Below, piece after piece: positions 21,701 through 35,539 of a stretch of 64,000 nt of DNA; within the stretch, counting starts at the first letter, position 1; each line of letters begins with the position of its first letter. The stretch is taken from assembly GCA_963924565.1 (NCBI GenBank), contig OZ004607.1:2170001-2234000 (forward strand), written 5' to 3'. This DNA is from Ascidiella aspersa. Its lineage: Eukaryota. The position numbers were made by a program, and so were the translations under genes. The notes below the pieces were generated by a model that was not told the DNA's origin, ran no database searches, and saw only the letters and a list, made by a program, of their open reading frames with translations.

Positions 21701-22639
21701 CCAACAAAAAGGCTCACAAGTTTATTGTCAAATAAATGTGGTACAACCTTAAAACGCATAGATATCTGGCAAAAAATCGGTAACGCTAAACATACCCAGG
21801 TGCACCGGATTTATGACTTGGTGTCAATATCCTGTGTACAAGATTAAGCAATAAAAACAGGCGTGAAATTCGATCTGAATAGCGGCCTTTCGAGAAACAG
21901 CCATAACTCAAAACCGACTCAGACCTTTTCTGGTGTTGACGCTCCTTTTGCAATTGGGCGTTGCGAAGTGCACCCCCTCGAAAAATCTGTGAATCAAAAC
22001 ACCCCCTAAAAGTGCGACTGTGTCCTCGCGATTAGATAAAGGGCCTTTGTTAAGCGTTTGTTTAGACACGGCTAAATAAAGTCTCCCGGGGTCAGAAATA
22101 CCTTAAATAAACCTTGTCCTTTTTGCGGCCGACTCAGGTATTTTTAACGTGGGCTGCTTTGTATTCATATGATTTTGTCGCGGCCGGCGGAACTAAAATA
22201 GATTGTGCGTCCAAATCCGCTTTGTTGGCGTATTATTGGTAATATGTCCATTATTACCGCGGCCTATTTAACTGAATGCTGTAATATTGGAAAAATGGAC
22301 AAACTGTGACCAAGCATTTATAATGATGACTCAGCAATGTCGAATTTATTCCTGGGCAAAATAAAATTTGTCAAATGCATTTTAACCGTTTAAAAGGTAA
22401 AAAATAGTTATTCAAACCTTAACCTTTACTCATTTGCTTGATATGCACGATTTAGCTCAAACGTTACGCAAAAATTATATTACAAACGTACATTGCACCT
22501 TAAATTACAACGGTAAAAGTAATGACATCATATATCAACAAATGTCGTCGAAATCATACGTTTTTCACTTTATATTATGTGGTTCGACTTAAAATTTGTA
22601 AACATTATAGTTATTTTTTTTTCTTTTCGCAAAAATAAA

Positions 22640-23230
22640 ATTATTTAATCACGGAAAGTAAAAAAAGGCTTTTACTTTAACGAATCTAAACTAACCGCGT
22701 GCTTGGGCATGTAGAAGAAAGGCGAAGTATATTTTAGAAAACTCTCATTTCGATAAAATAAACTTAACTTGAGTTTTTATATAAATTCACAATTACAGTA
22801 AGATGACCACATTTATTTTCAATGAGCAAATTTACAATTAAAATTATTATTTAATCAAAACAAGTATAAAAAGTAAAGGCTTTTACTTTAACGAAACAAA
22901 TGCTTGGAAATGTTAAAGATTTATTTTCAATTCGCAAAAGTAATTTGTTAATCACGAAAAGTATAAAAAATATTTTTATCTAACGAATCTAAACTAACCG
23001 CGTATCTTGGAAGTGTAGAAAAAAGGCGGAGTATAGTATTGAAAACTTAGCTTTTGATAAACTTAACTTGAAAAAGGTTTTATATAAATTCACATTCACA
23101 ATAAGATGATAACATTTATTTTCAATGAGCAAATTTACAATTAATATACGATCATAAAGCGTATAAAAAGTAAAGGCTTTTCCTAAACAAATCAAAAGCG
23201 TGGAAATGTGTAGAAAAAAGGCGCAGTTGT
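22640..23230. repeat. Degenerate tandem duplication, period ~303 bp
   Basis: AACGAATCTAAACTAACCGCGT at ~22679 and ~22982; TTTATTTTCAATGAGCAAATTTACAATTAA occurs twice. Confidence 0.75.
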
Positions 23231-24099
23231 GTTGAAAACTTTCCTTTTCAACCCGACCACAACTTCTCGCACAATTTGCGACAACCCCCAACAGGACCCC
23301 AACCCCAACCCCCTCACCCATCACTCCATCACCCCCTAGAGCTGTCATCCAAAATAGCGATGATGTATGCATCAAGGTCCAGGGGTCACTGTTATTTTGA
23401 GCTCGCGTTTAGCCAGCAATTCTCGCAGTCCAAGACCGTGGCAAGGAAAATGCGCGAGCTTTGTGCAACTTCAAAGCGGCAGCGGCAAGAAGCGTTCCGC
23501 TAAAGTGAAAGTGACTGACTTTGCCGCAACGAACCGCCGTTTGTCAACAACAAACTCTAGTTTTTTTGTTGTTGCTTTTTTTTCGGGATAGCAACAAGTT
23601 TTTCACAGGGAAAATGACACGAAACAAAGGAAACTTTACGGACAACAAATCCCATACATAAGCATTAAAAGGTAGCTAGAAATCTTCCAGCTCCACTTAA
23701 TACCAATATAACTAAACATTTGAAAACTCGATTAAAACCAGGATCAGACATTCTTAAAGAAATGTTTATATAAAAATGTCTGATCCTGTTTGTTGTTCGG
23801 GTTTAAACTTTGAGTTTTATTGTTTATATACGCGTAAGCGGAACAGAGTGATCGACAAGCAAAAACCTGCTGCCAATGGTTTTGGTTTCCATAAAGACCC
23901 GCCCTTTTATAACCCCACCTATTAGAGCTATAGGTGAAAGTGGTGAAAGGTTTGAAAGCGAATCTTAAATCTTGGATAGTAATTGTTTTTGTTGGTTATT
24001 TTAAATATTTTTTCAAAACCAAGGTTTATACCGTTTTCTGAATGATATTTATTTCTCTGGCACTTTTATATTTTACGAGACAATTAATTTACTTCGACT

Positions 24100-24663
24100 A
24101 ATTTGCGACAACTAAAGTTAATTTTAGGTGTAATCTAACTAATCTCCACTTCTAAGAGTAATCTGACTTAAAATAGCAAGAAAATAAACTCTTTTATGTC
24201 GCTTTATTATATCATTTATTAATATCATGTATTGTATTACCTCTAGGTGCGAAACATTACCTCATCGAAATCCGTTTCAGGCGGCAAAACGATATCAAAC
24301 ATCGCTAATGGCTTATACAAGTGTACAAATCCGCTCAATAGGATTACGATTGATACCAGTAGAATCAAGATCAGACATTTTAAAGCAATATTTTTATAAA
24401 AAAATGTATAAAAATTTGGATTTTGGTTTAATTGCTAACTTGTTAGAATTGGCCAACTATATAACTCCAATCTAACTAATCTCCAATTTTAAGAGTATTC
24501 TAACTTGAAACGCTGAAATATTTAGATCTTTCTGACGCGTTTTACTACAGTTTGTGTTGTATTGCCTATATAGCTGCGAAACATTACCTCATCGAAATCC
24601 ATTTCAGGCGGCAAAACGATATCAAACATCGCTAATGGCCGATACAAGTGTACAAATCCGCTC
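24100..24663. repeat. Tandem duplication, period ~327 bp, with an 89-bp near-identical core (24248-24336 / 24575-24663)
   Basis: Cores differ at only 3 of 89 positions; flanks are much more diverged. Confidence 0.85.
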
Positions 24664-24864
24664 GTGTCACGCATCATTGACCTGCTCACGCTCCACTGCA
24701 CACAACCTCATAATTTTTTGCGAGTTTTTTCCAGAACTTGCTCCAAAACCTTTTCAGGACAGGAACCTAAATAAACCGCTTTCCGTTCCATTAGCATTGC
24801 CGCTAAGTTTTGTGCGTTTATTTAGCGCTGAAATGTGTTTAAATGGCAAGGGCTTTATTTAGAC

Positions 24865-25077
24865 CAGGGGTTCAACAATTTAATCAAAAATAAGCCGGTT
24901 TTGCACAGAATGTATTTAGACTCCATTTCACTTTCACATTTTTGGACCAAAATCAGCAAAATTTAAGTCTATTTGTATTGTGACGTTAATTTGTGACGTC
25001 ATTTTTTGGCCTACAGAGGTCCACGCAAAATTCAAGAAAATTTTAAGGGTCCGTGGTAAAAAGTTTAAGAACCCCTG
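24865..25077 (-). mobile_element. hAT (Buster-type) MITE, shorter relative of 1562-1900
   Basis: CAGGGGTTC termini, perfect TSD ATTTAGAC, and interior reverse-complementary to ~1562-1757. Confidence 0.88.
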
Positions 25078-26626
25078 ATTTAGACCGTTTAATGTTTTTC
25101 CACCTTTATTTCTTGTTATTCACACCAGCGGTATTTTTACAGAGTAAATTGATACATTGAACCCCAAGCGAACTTACAAACGCTGATGTGCACAATAAAC
25201 AACGGTATAGGTGGAAAACCTATTACGTTATGCATGCGGCAAGTTAGTATTTTTATTTTGATAAAAATAATAAAATAATCTTTTGGAGAAAAAAATGAAA
25301 CACGTTTATTTAAGTTTGACTAAAGCAAAATCAAAAGCAGTAAGTTCAACCCGCAAAATCTAAATGATGATATTAAAAAAAAAAACACAGCCTAAAATAA
25401 TTTGAATAACAGCGAATACTTTGTCTAAGAACATAATTTAATTTAATGGCTCTTATTTACAATATTTTTGTTAGATTTTAACAGTTGGAAAACAGATGGT
25501 GTATGATTTCACCCTTCAAAGAAATTTAACTTGCATCCATATAATTATACTATCATTTGTTTTTAATTTATAACATTATTTTTTATGATAACCCCCCTAA
25601 AATCTCTTGATCTAATATCAGCGATTGTTATTTTCTAAAAACATAATTAAAAACATGTTTTTTGTTAACATTTTTGTTGTTTCGCGAACAGTAGACCCTT
25701 CGCGAACAGTAGACCAAGCCCCCATGGGACCCGATGGGTTAATGATTTCGAACCCAGCTTTCACCCATACTTATCCACCCACATCCGCTCCCATAAGTGC
25801 TCTACTTTCGGTGTTTTCTTAACCCAGCGGTCATCATCTTTGTTTTCCGACAGGTCACTTAGTTTTCCGCCGTTTTTCGAGTGTTTCACGCCAAATTATT
25901 TCGCCCTGCTTCAATCTTCCCAGAGCGCAGCTGTGGTCGTAATTTCGACGCTTTTTCTCACATATTTCTCACACTTTTTCACTCACTGTGACACCTCTTA
26001 AGGTAGACCTCTCTAAATCTTTTTTAAGTAATTACCTGCGCTGAAAACTTATTTTCCGTGACATTTTGTTTTTTTAGCCGTTGTGCTGTTTTAGCCAACG
26101 GAAAGTTGTTTACCCGAAAGGATTAGTTTAATGGTTTCACCTCAAGTCTAGCTTTAAAGGTTTCTATTACCGTAAAAAGAACCGTTTTTTATTTCTCGTC
26201 TGCGACCTTACATTAGTTTTAATATACACTTTAAAAAAAGTTTTCAATATTAATACCAACAAAGTGACAACATATTAAGTTGTTCTCTTTCGAGGCGGAA
26301 ACGGAATTGGAAAGTACAGTTTTTTTTAATATACCACAAAAACAAATGTTTTTTATTTCTAAACCTGGGACATTATATTAGTTTTAATTGCACCCGAAAA
26401 TGTTTGGAAAGACAATGTTTTTCATATTTTAAGTATTTTAAAAATTAAACATATGTAACGACGTTTTGAATTTTTTGACACCTGTAGCTTAAAATTAATA
26501 CTAAGATAATTTACCGCCGTTAATGTCTTTACCTCTGTAAAAGAGGCAAGCTTATCAGATATAGTTTAATTCACTCTAATTTGACACCTTTGTTCTCGAA
26601 ATTAGACTTTTAATAGGATAATCTGA

Positions 26627-26800
26627 TGGCACTATATAATAAAAATTGTGTTGATTCTCAAAAGCGTTCGCATAACCGATTAACCAGCAGTTCAAAGTAG
26701 AAAAAGTAGATAAAATAAGTTTTCTATTTTGGCCCGATAAAGCACCTTTGTGCGAAAGCTTGTCGAGAATCCAATACAATTTGTCTTTATATAGTGCCAC
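26627..26800. repeat. Inverted pair of ~50-bp units; the same unit occurs in direct orientation at ~34365-34530
   Basis: TGGCACTATA...AAATTGT.TTG(A)ATTCTCGACAAGCTTTC unit in both orientations. Confidence 0.6.
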
Positions 26801-29800
26801 CTGACTACCCTATTTAGACAAATATGGCTATTTACAAATAGTTTTTAATATAACGCTACTGAGAAATCTAAAAGCAGTAACATAAACCATGTCACAGAAA
26901 ATTAGTCAAATGTGGCAACTATAAGCTGTTTCAGCCGGAAAACGCTTCCCAGATGTTTAACTGCTTAAACCTGTGCGAAATTACTATACAAGGAGTAACA
27001 TCGGGCAAGAATCTCATCCATCACACGCCGAGACAGTTGGGAACATTTTGTAAACTCGCAGTTTGCGGCTCTCCTGGGAATCTGAAGTTTCCGCACTTGT
27101 GAGAGCAACTCCAGAAAATTACTGTCAAATTGTCGAAAACAAACAAATCGTTGACGTGGGCCCACAACAACACCGTTTCTTGTTGTTTGTATGCACTAGT
27201 TATTACACCGGTTTAACGCCAGGTAAAACTTAACTCTCCAACGCCAAAATAAAAACAACACAACAAGGCTGCATTAAAAAGCGATAGCTTCAAAAAAATG
27301 TTACCAATTTTCATCAATAAATACTTTGTTAAAAAGAACGTTTACTTCTTCTGTATAAGTCCTTCAAGTGGAAAAAAAGTTTATTGTTACGGTGCACTTA
27401 TTTAATTTACCGCTGCTACATCCTATTTATGCAATATTCAACATTTTGAAGATTACTTATAAATTATTCACAACTTATTTATTTCTAATCTATTTTACTT
27501 TTTTTACGTTTTCCACAAATCCAAGACGGCAAATTAATCAGCTAATGCACCAATTTAGCGCAACTGAATGTCAAAGGAATAATATATTTTATCTAGATAA
27601 AGTTTTTTTAGGTTTGGACGGAGAGAGTATTTGGCTTAAAATTTCGTAGACCGTGCTTTATACTTAGGCAGGGGGCATGAGAGTACGGCCCGCGGCATCA
27701 GACCCGCAGAGTTATTTCTAATATTTTCTACTGGCCGCGGCATATTTCTTTAATGATAAAATACCAGTTGAAATGATGCCGAGTCCAATTTTAAACTAAA
27801 TTTTAGGGAAAGTACAGATTAAACGACAGTTTTTTATAATTTGATTATTAAAAATTTCTCATTAAACAAAGTTTTTATTAATGAAAGTTTTTAATTAAAA
27901 AAAATGGTTTTAATAATAAATGTTTTTTGAGTGTAATTAATAATATTTTGTTCGTTTAAGAATGATGAAGTTAATAAAATCAGACACAAAATTTATACCC
28001 GGCCCACGATCTTAAATTCTTACAGTTATCCAAACCGTTATAAAAAAAAGTTCAGTTAACTATAAGGGCTGGGCACATTTATAACAACACGCCCAAATAA
28101 ACCTGGGATGTTTAAATCGTGATAAGGGCGGGAAAGGAAACGCTATGTCGTAGTGTTCCCACATGACACATCACTCTGGCATTTCTGAGTTCGACGAAAA
28201 TTCCATTGGCACTCCTTGCGTCACGTGACCTCATTATGTGTCAAGACAGGTTTTGCAGTGTATTCAGTAAGTGACATTCCAGGTAAGTTTCAAACCATCC
28301 TGTTTTAATGTACGTACCAGTGTTTTAATGACTTAAGTTAAATGTGGTTAGGCAACCATTTTCCAATTACTTGACTCGACTTAAAATGTGTTAATAAAAT
28401 TACTTGACATTAGTCGTTTCAATAAAATGACTTGAATTGACTCAAGTCTAAAATGACTTAATTTGGACTTCGGTCATTGAGTCAAAATTCTTTTGAAATT
28501 AAGCGTTTTCAACTAATTTTTTAAATAAAATTGTTTGTTTTTATCTTAAATAGCGGTTTAATGTAAGCGTTTTAAAGAATTTTGGTCAAGTTAGTTTTCG
28601 AAACATTGATTTACGGCACCAAGCTTGTTACTTGTGCTTCTTACGTGACTGAAAATAACACTTGACGCGAACGCCTTTTTAATACGATGCTGTGCTGTGA
28701 AAAAGGCCACAAAACGTAAACGTTTTAACCGGTCTGTATATATATAGACAAGCAAGGTTTTAAATTTGTTCAATGAATATTACGTAAAATAACTTTTACG
28801 TTCCAATAAATCATCTAAAAATAATCAATAAATCAGTTAGATTTATTTGCTTTCTAAATATTACAGTATATTTGTTCCAAATTTAAAACCTGAACTTTAT
28901 CTTCAAAGGTTAACATACAATATATTGACGTCGTAAAGCTGTGCAATTAGCGATTACTAGTTTTAATTGCAGAAAATTTAACTGCTAGTAGGCGACAAAA
29001 ACGTACAGAGACGCTTAACATGTTTCAAAGCTAACTGTTGTGGAAAAGTTGCCTGAACGTCAGACTAGACTTCAAGAAGGGTGGCTTGCTTTAAACCCAT
29101 TGGAAGCCGTAGTAAGCCATAAGTATCATGTTGGAGGCTTCGAATAAATCTTTATTCATTTTCAACATAGTTACGTCATTATGGGCTTTAATATTTATAC
29201 AACGTCTTAGTACAACCTCCAACCATTATGCACTGAAGTTTATTTGGAATGAGCTCTACACACGAAACGCCTTTCAAAGCAATTTAATTTTGTTTGTAAC
29301 TTTCCTCCACAGTTCAGCATGTGCCCTAAAAGTTGTTTCTTATTTGCCTGAACAATATCGCCAGTGTATCCAAGTGAAATTACCCGGAAATTGTTGTTAA
29401 TAAATTACACCAAAGTTTACCTTGCTGTCATCCGGTTCAACCGCATTGAGATAAAAGCAAACGCGCTGATTGGATTTAGAGAAAGTTCAATCAGTTTCGC
29501 AAACACACCGTGTGCGCTCAAGCATGAACCGCATGTAATACGTCACCGAATATCGATCTGGAATTACGTCATGCAGAAGTGACTTTGAGGCTTTGATTTC
29601 GTCTATAAATAAGTCTTTGTTGATTTCGGCTATTCAACGCATTAATGCGTGTTCACTGGAGCGGAAAGACGTCCCTTTGTGCGTGGATTCGAATTTAAAT
29701 TGTGACGTATGTGATGGATTTGTAACGTCATATAGTGCAAAGTTCGAGAACTTGTCTTGATAAATTTTATCGTTTAGACAAGATTTGGGTGCGAACGTGG

Positions 29801-30489
29801 GCAAAGTAATGTCTTATTATAATAAACGCTGGGAAAATATCTTCGCCAAGACAAAGGTTAACTCAGGGCGTTGGAAGAATTTGAGAAACCAACTTTATTT
29901 GGTCATTGTTGGTGTGCAACAGGCTAGACCCGTGCTGATGTTAGTTTGATGTTTCGTGAACTTTGTTTGTTGTTGTATATTCTTCTATATATGGTTTATG
30001 TTGTCTTACACATGATGCACGACATCGAAACGACGCATACATTCCGCATAATGTGGTAATATATACTGTTTTATCGTTGTATTCCAATAGTACACAAACA
30101 TTTATATCAAAAAACCTATCGATGGAGCAAAAAATCATTCTGCGTCTTTCTACAACCTCTAGCCAGTTGCTTAAGATTTATTTACAAAATTTACAAATTA
30201 TTACTATACATGCAACTCTACAAACGTTCGACATATATCGTTGTACCACGGCACACAGTTTTACAATCACCGCCCTTCAGTAGAGCGACTTGAGTGATGC
30301 GACGATAGATTTTTGACAGTCGGAATTCCAGCCTTAGAACGGCAACAAATGAGCAGCAACAAATCCCGGAGACCCAACGCTTCCTAATCACCCCGCGTCT
30401 ATCAACGGCCACTCTAAAAGCGTTCGAACGGGGAAAGCTTCCGCAACTGTTTCCGCGCTCACCTTAGTCAGTTAGCACTTCAAACGAAG

Positions 30490-30925
30490 TTGACCGTTCA
30501 GCTTGGTTGTGCGGCCATTTTCTCCCTTTTTGTAACCCATGGTCAGTCAACATACTTAAACTACATTTTATATTTTATATATTTTTTTCTTTTTTGTACA
30601 CTATGGTCATTTATTAGGTTTACTTAAAACGCAGTTTAAAGCGTCTCATGTCATTTCCCCTTTTTATCCCATATAATCGGTCGACACGCTAAAGACGTAT
30701 TTTAACTTTTTTTATGTATTTTGTTACGTTTTTTGTACGTTTTTTGTATTAACCTGTTTATTCAAAAGCAGTTAATTTTTGTAAGCTAGTTTACTTTTTT
30801 ATACCCCATGGTAAGTCAACATGCACATTTTAAACGAAATTGACCATATTTAGTCTTGTTGTGTGGCCTGTTTCGTTTCTACTTTTTGTAAACCAAGGTA
30901 AGCCAACACGCTAAACCAGTATTTT
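30490..30925. repeat. Degenerate local repeats
   Basis: CCCATGGT.AGTCAACA.GC-like motif recurs at ~30537, 30668, 30805 and 30893. Confidence 0.5.
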
Positions 30926-31937
30926 AAACTATATTTATGCACTAAAATTCAGATGTTTAAAATGCCACCTACTTCCATATTCGCTTTAATATTTTACGAC
31001 GAAAAAAACTTTCGACCATCCAAAGCTATTTTTAATTTATTTTTTCAAGCATTGTAAGTATTACAAATAGTGTGAAATAAACGTTTTGTTACAAAAGCGA
31101 TACAAACAACTATAGACCAAAATTTATCGTTAGACTTCAAGTGCAAAAGTAAAGCAATTTTAAGTTTTTTTTGACCTTTTTTTCCCTACATTCCCCTTGG
31201 TCGGTTAACAAGCTTTACATCAATAATATTCGAAAATCGTCTGTTTCCACGTGGTCACGTGACGGGTAAAACGATAACCTGGCGTCGCGACGTCTATTGT
31301 TACGTGTGACGCTGTGCGCGGAAACTGAGATAAGCTTGTTGCCAAAACCCACTCGTCTGTCGCGTTTGGGGAAGGTGTCGGGAAACGTGCTAGCGAGAAA
31401 ATGTAGGGAAAGTTTCACATCATGACTAGGGTGTGTTAAGGCGCGGTTAGCACATTATAGTTTACCTGTAAGCATTTAGTAGGCCCACCATATTCATCTG
31501 TAATTACAGTTTGTAAATTCGGTTTGGAGTTCAAAAGTAGCATATGGACAAGTGAGGTTTACACAGTTTTGCTAATTGATGTTTAGAAATATGAAAGCAC
31601 AGAACGATTGGTAACAGTTCACATGGATTATTTCCCAGTCGGTTGGAAATAACCCGACTCCCGATTCCGACTCCGGCCAAATATTCGATTTCGTCGCGTC
31701 CAGAGTCCGGCTGCACAGTCTGTATTCCACGTAACTATAAAATAAGGCGGTTATTCAGCAATCGGCACTCATATGGGTGTCATATATTTCTTCTCCCAAC
31801 AGTACGTGTTTGATAAATGCGCACGGCGGGCTCGGGACCCGGTTAGTCTTACGTATAGTCTTACTCAAGTCCCGAGTCCGACTGCCACTCCGCTGCCCTA
31901 TAGTATACGGGAAAACATATAATTTTATGTTTTAAAT

Positions 31938-32237
31938 CAGTGATTCCCAAACTGTGTGCCGCGGCACACTGGTGTGCCTTGAGGGATTGCAAAGTATGCC
32001 GCGAAACTTTTTGAAAATAGAGTGTTTGTATTACCAAAAGGCATATGCGCAAGCATTTTAGACTTGAATACGCACGATACCCATTACAAATTGATAATAT
32101 TGGGACATATACATATAGTTTATCGTCTGTTAAGGGCGATTATAAAATGACTCTATTGTTGTTCTGTTAAAAGTGTGCCGCAAAATGTTTAAGAAATTTT
32201 TAGTGTGCCGCAAGCCAAAAATGTTTGGGAACCACTG
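31938..32237 (+). mobile_element. hAT (Buster-type) MITE, 300 bp
   Basis: TIRs CAGTGATTCCCAAAC / GTTTGGGAACCACTG, GTGTGCCGC subterminal repeats, perfect TSD TTTTAAAT. Confidence 0.9.
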
Positions 32238-35200
32238 TTTTAAATAATTGGTGTTAAACATTAAAATGTTTACAGTAGAATCCAGATAAGTTTGAGTTAC
32301 TGTTATCAACTGAAGACATCCACATATATGAGGATAGAGTCGCGTGGATATAGAGATGGGTGATTTGTTTTAAGGTGAAAGATCGCCTTTTTTTCTTTTT
32401 TATGTAGGAGGCATAAGTACAGAACATATAGTCAACCTCATTATCAACCTTTGTAATCCTTTCTGTTTTAAAGAAAAACCTTATCAGATATTTGCTAGGT
32501 CTTTAATTCTGGATTTATTATTTACGTCAAAAAAAAATATTATTTACGTCTTTAAAATCCCTCACTGTGACTATAACTGTGTTTAGCTTTACAATTTGTG
32601 AGGTCTAGGAATGATTTGCACTAACTATTATGAATGTTGGACTTTGTACGCATTTTAAGTGTTGAGAATTCACCTCGGTAGAGCAGCTAGAATTGATCGG
32701 AGGAAGCGAAATTCGACTAAATGACCACCTTCTGAGTGGAATTAGCCGAACCGTTATATATTTGGAATGTTGGCGAGGCTTTATTCAACAGAGGTAAGTG
32801 ATCGCTTTCGCATTTTAGGTAAATTATACCTGTGATAAAATGGGACTCATAAATGCAGAAATGTGTAGCTTGTGTCAGTTAACAGCAACACTGCAAATTG
32901 GACTTGAAACTTATTTCAACATAGTTTAAAATTTATCATAAACACCAATCGGTTGCGATGAAATCAGCTTATGAAGGTGTGTGCTAATTTCGAGAAATAA
33001 TTACACAAAAATTGGGGGAAAAGACGAGTAATTGTGACCTAAAATGGTCATTTGCGCAGAGCGCGGAAATTCAAACCAAAACAAGAATAAGTTTGAGTGA
33101 CATGAAATCCTGATGTTGTGGTATAGTTTAAGCACCATTCCGTGTCCTTACATGGCAATTTGCGGCCTAAATGGCTGTCCAGGATTTAAAAATTTTACAG
33201 CTTAAACGCAAATCAACGGGTGTGCATCAATAAGCTGTAACAGACGTCCTTTTTTTCCAATTTCTGAGCCCCAAATCCAGTTGCGCGGTTAAAAGGCATA
33301 TCGTATTCCAAATTCGACCAGCTGTCTCTCCAACTGTTTGCATCGTAGCGATTAGCGTCTGTTCTAGGGGTCTCAAGGTTTGAAAAGCAAACCACAAAAA
33401 CTGTTTCTGCTCCGCGTGGACCAGGTTCGGCAATAAATGTTTCACAGTTTTATTTTAACGTTCCCAAACAAGAAAAAGAAGTGAGGTTATCATTTGTTGT
33501 TTGTGCAAATATGAAACTGAAATGGGGTCCTAACCAATTAGCAAATCTCAAAACTCATTTTTTAATTGATATACTCTTTTATATACTGTACACCTGTGCA
33601 CCACTAAAAACTATTTTTATTTGTGTTGACCAGCGTCGGCTTTAAATGTTCCAGAGTCATTAAAAAATGGGCTTGTTTTTAAATATTAGTGCAAATATGA
33701 AACTTGAATCCAGTCTTCCATTTAAGAAGAAAGCCCAATATTGTTTTAATTAGATATACTGTTTTCGTTTTATGATCATTCTGAATTTTGAATTTATACC
33801 AAGATTTTATTGGACCTTCATGAACCCCCTAAACTAATCCACGGACCCCAGTTTCAAACCCCTGGTCAATAATGGCACTAACCACAAAAAAACGCAGTTT
33901 ATTTACGGATATAAAACGCAAACCGATATAGCCGAGACCTCCCAAGCGCCATTAACTTGTCTGCAACCGACTAAAACCCGTCAAAAGTCAAATTTTTCCG
34001 CTATTATCGCGTCTACATTGAGTGGCTAACTGCCAAAAACAAACTCGCCATCTGTTAGCATTGCAATTTGATCACGTCGAAAAAGGCGGGCGCAAATGTT
34101 GAGTAACACCTGCTACTTCTGCTAGTTAAGGCGGTTGCCAGTATTGCTGTTGCTGTATTTACTTAGCTGCTGGGGTCGTATAATTTTTGGGTGTTTTTGA
34201 TAACAAATTTTCAATCAATTGCAAAGTCAAAAAGGTCGAGTAGAAGACATCATCTTGATTGGGACTTTTCGATACAAACTTGTATCATCTTCAGTTTATG
34301 TGACTTAAATCTACAAACACTTTGGTGAAAACAAATTTGTATAATTCTAAATAGGGTATAATCATGTGGCACTATATGATGAAAAATTGTATTGAATTCT
34401 CGACAAGCTTTCTCACAAGCAAAGTAGGAAAATAACTACATATACAAATCTTTGTAAATGACTGTTCTTGTCGAATTCCAAAAATGGTAATCAGGTGGCA
34501 CTATACAAAGACAATTTGTAATGAATTTCGCAAAACCGTCAGGCCAAAGTACAAAAAATGACTATATTTACAATGTAGCTACAATCAAGTTAGTAGTATA
34601 TGTAGCGTGATGCCCGAGGCTCGATACAAGTGCCAGCTCCGTCCAAACGTCTCACCGGTTTCCCGTACTTATCGAATTAGAGGAAGCCAGGGGCCCACCG
34701 GCGCCTTCCAGGCCGATTCGGGCGCCTTCCGACCAAAGGGGGACGACCCCCCTAACGGAAATCCCCTTGGCGTCAAAACAACACGATGTTGTGTTGTGTT
34801 GTGAAGTACAAAGCCAAACAGCTGGTGTGGTTTTAGAGTTAGGGTAAAGGCGACAAACATCTGATGTTGGATAAACAAAGCCACAACCTGGATTAAGACG
34901 TGCTGGTGTTTTTGGCTTAAACAAACTCATGACTACGCTGTCTTTGGGTGTTTGACCACAAACATAGACGTTGTATTTTGGTTTATAAATCTAGTACCGG
35001 GTTTAGGAATAGCTGTCTATACCTTGTAACTGGGGATAAACTGAATCTATATGCAGTAGTTTGTCGGCGGAAAATGTTAAAATAAGTCAGGAAGTCTTTG
35101 ATAAGTTTAGCGGTGTGTTGTTTCACCTTCACCAGCATTTTTTCTGTTAAAATACAATTTTTAAAGATGCTCGATAATGTGGGATCGGAGCCGATGCCCG

Positions 35201-35539
35201 ATGCCAAGTGACCTTATCGGTACTTGCCCGATACTGACCAAATTTTGTTACCAATAAACTACTTTTTTAGATAACTTTATCTTTCTAGGTAAAACAGCTG
35301 CGTTTGATCAAAAATTATGGCCGAAATTCGTGATACGACGAACTTAGTCCATGATCTAAAAAAGTACAAAATTAAAATTTTTTTGATTTAAAACAAAAAC
35401 AAACAAAAAAGTATTTAAAGTAAAAAAATGCATAACATCTCCATTTTGCATAAATACAAAAATTCGATCAATTTTATACACAAAGACCCCATACCGAAAG
35501 AAAAACATTTGCTTCGCAGCGTTTGACAACTTTCGAACG

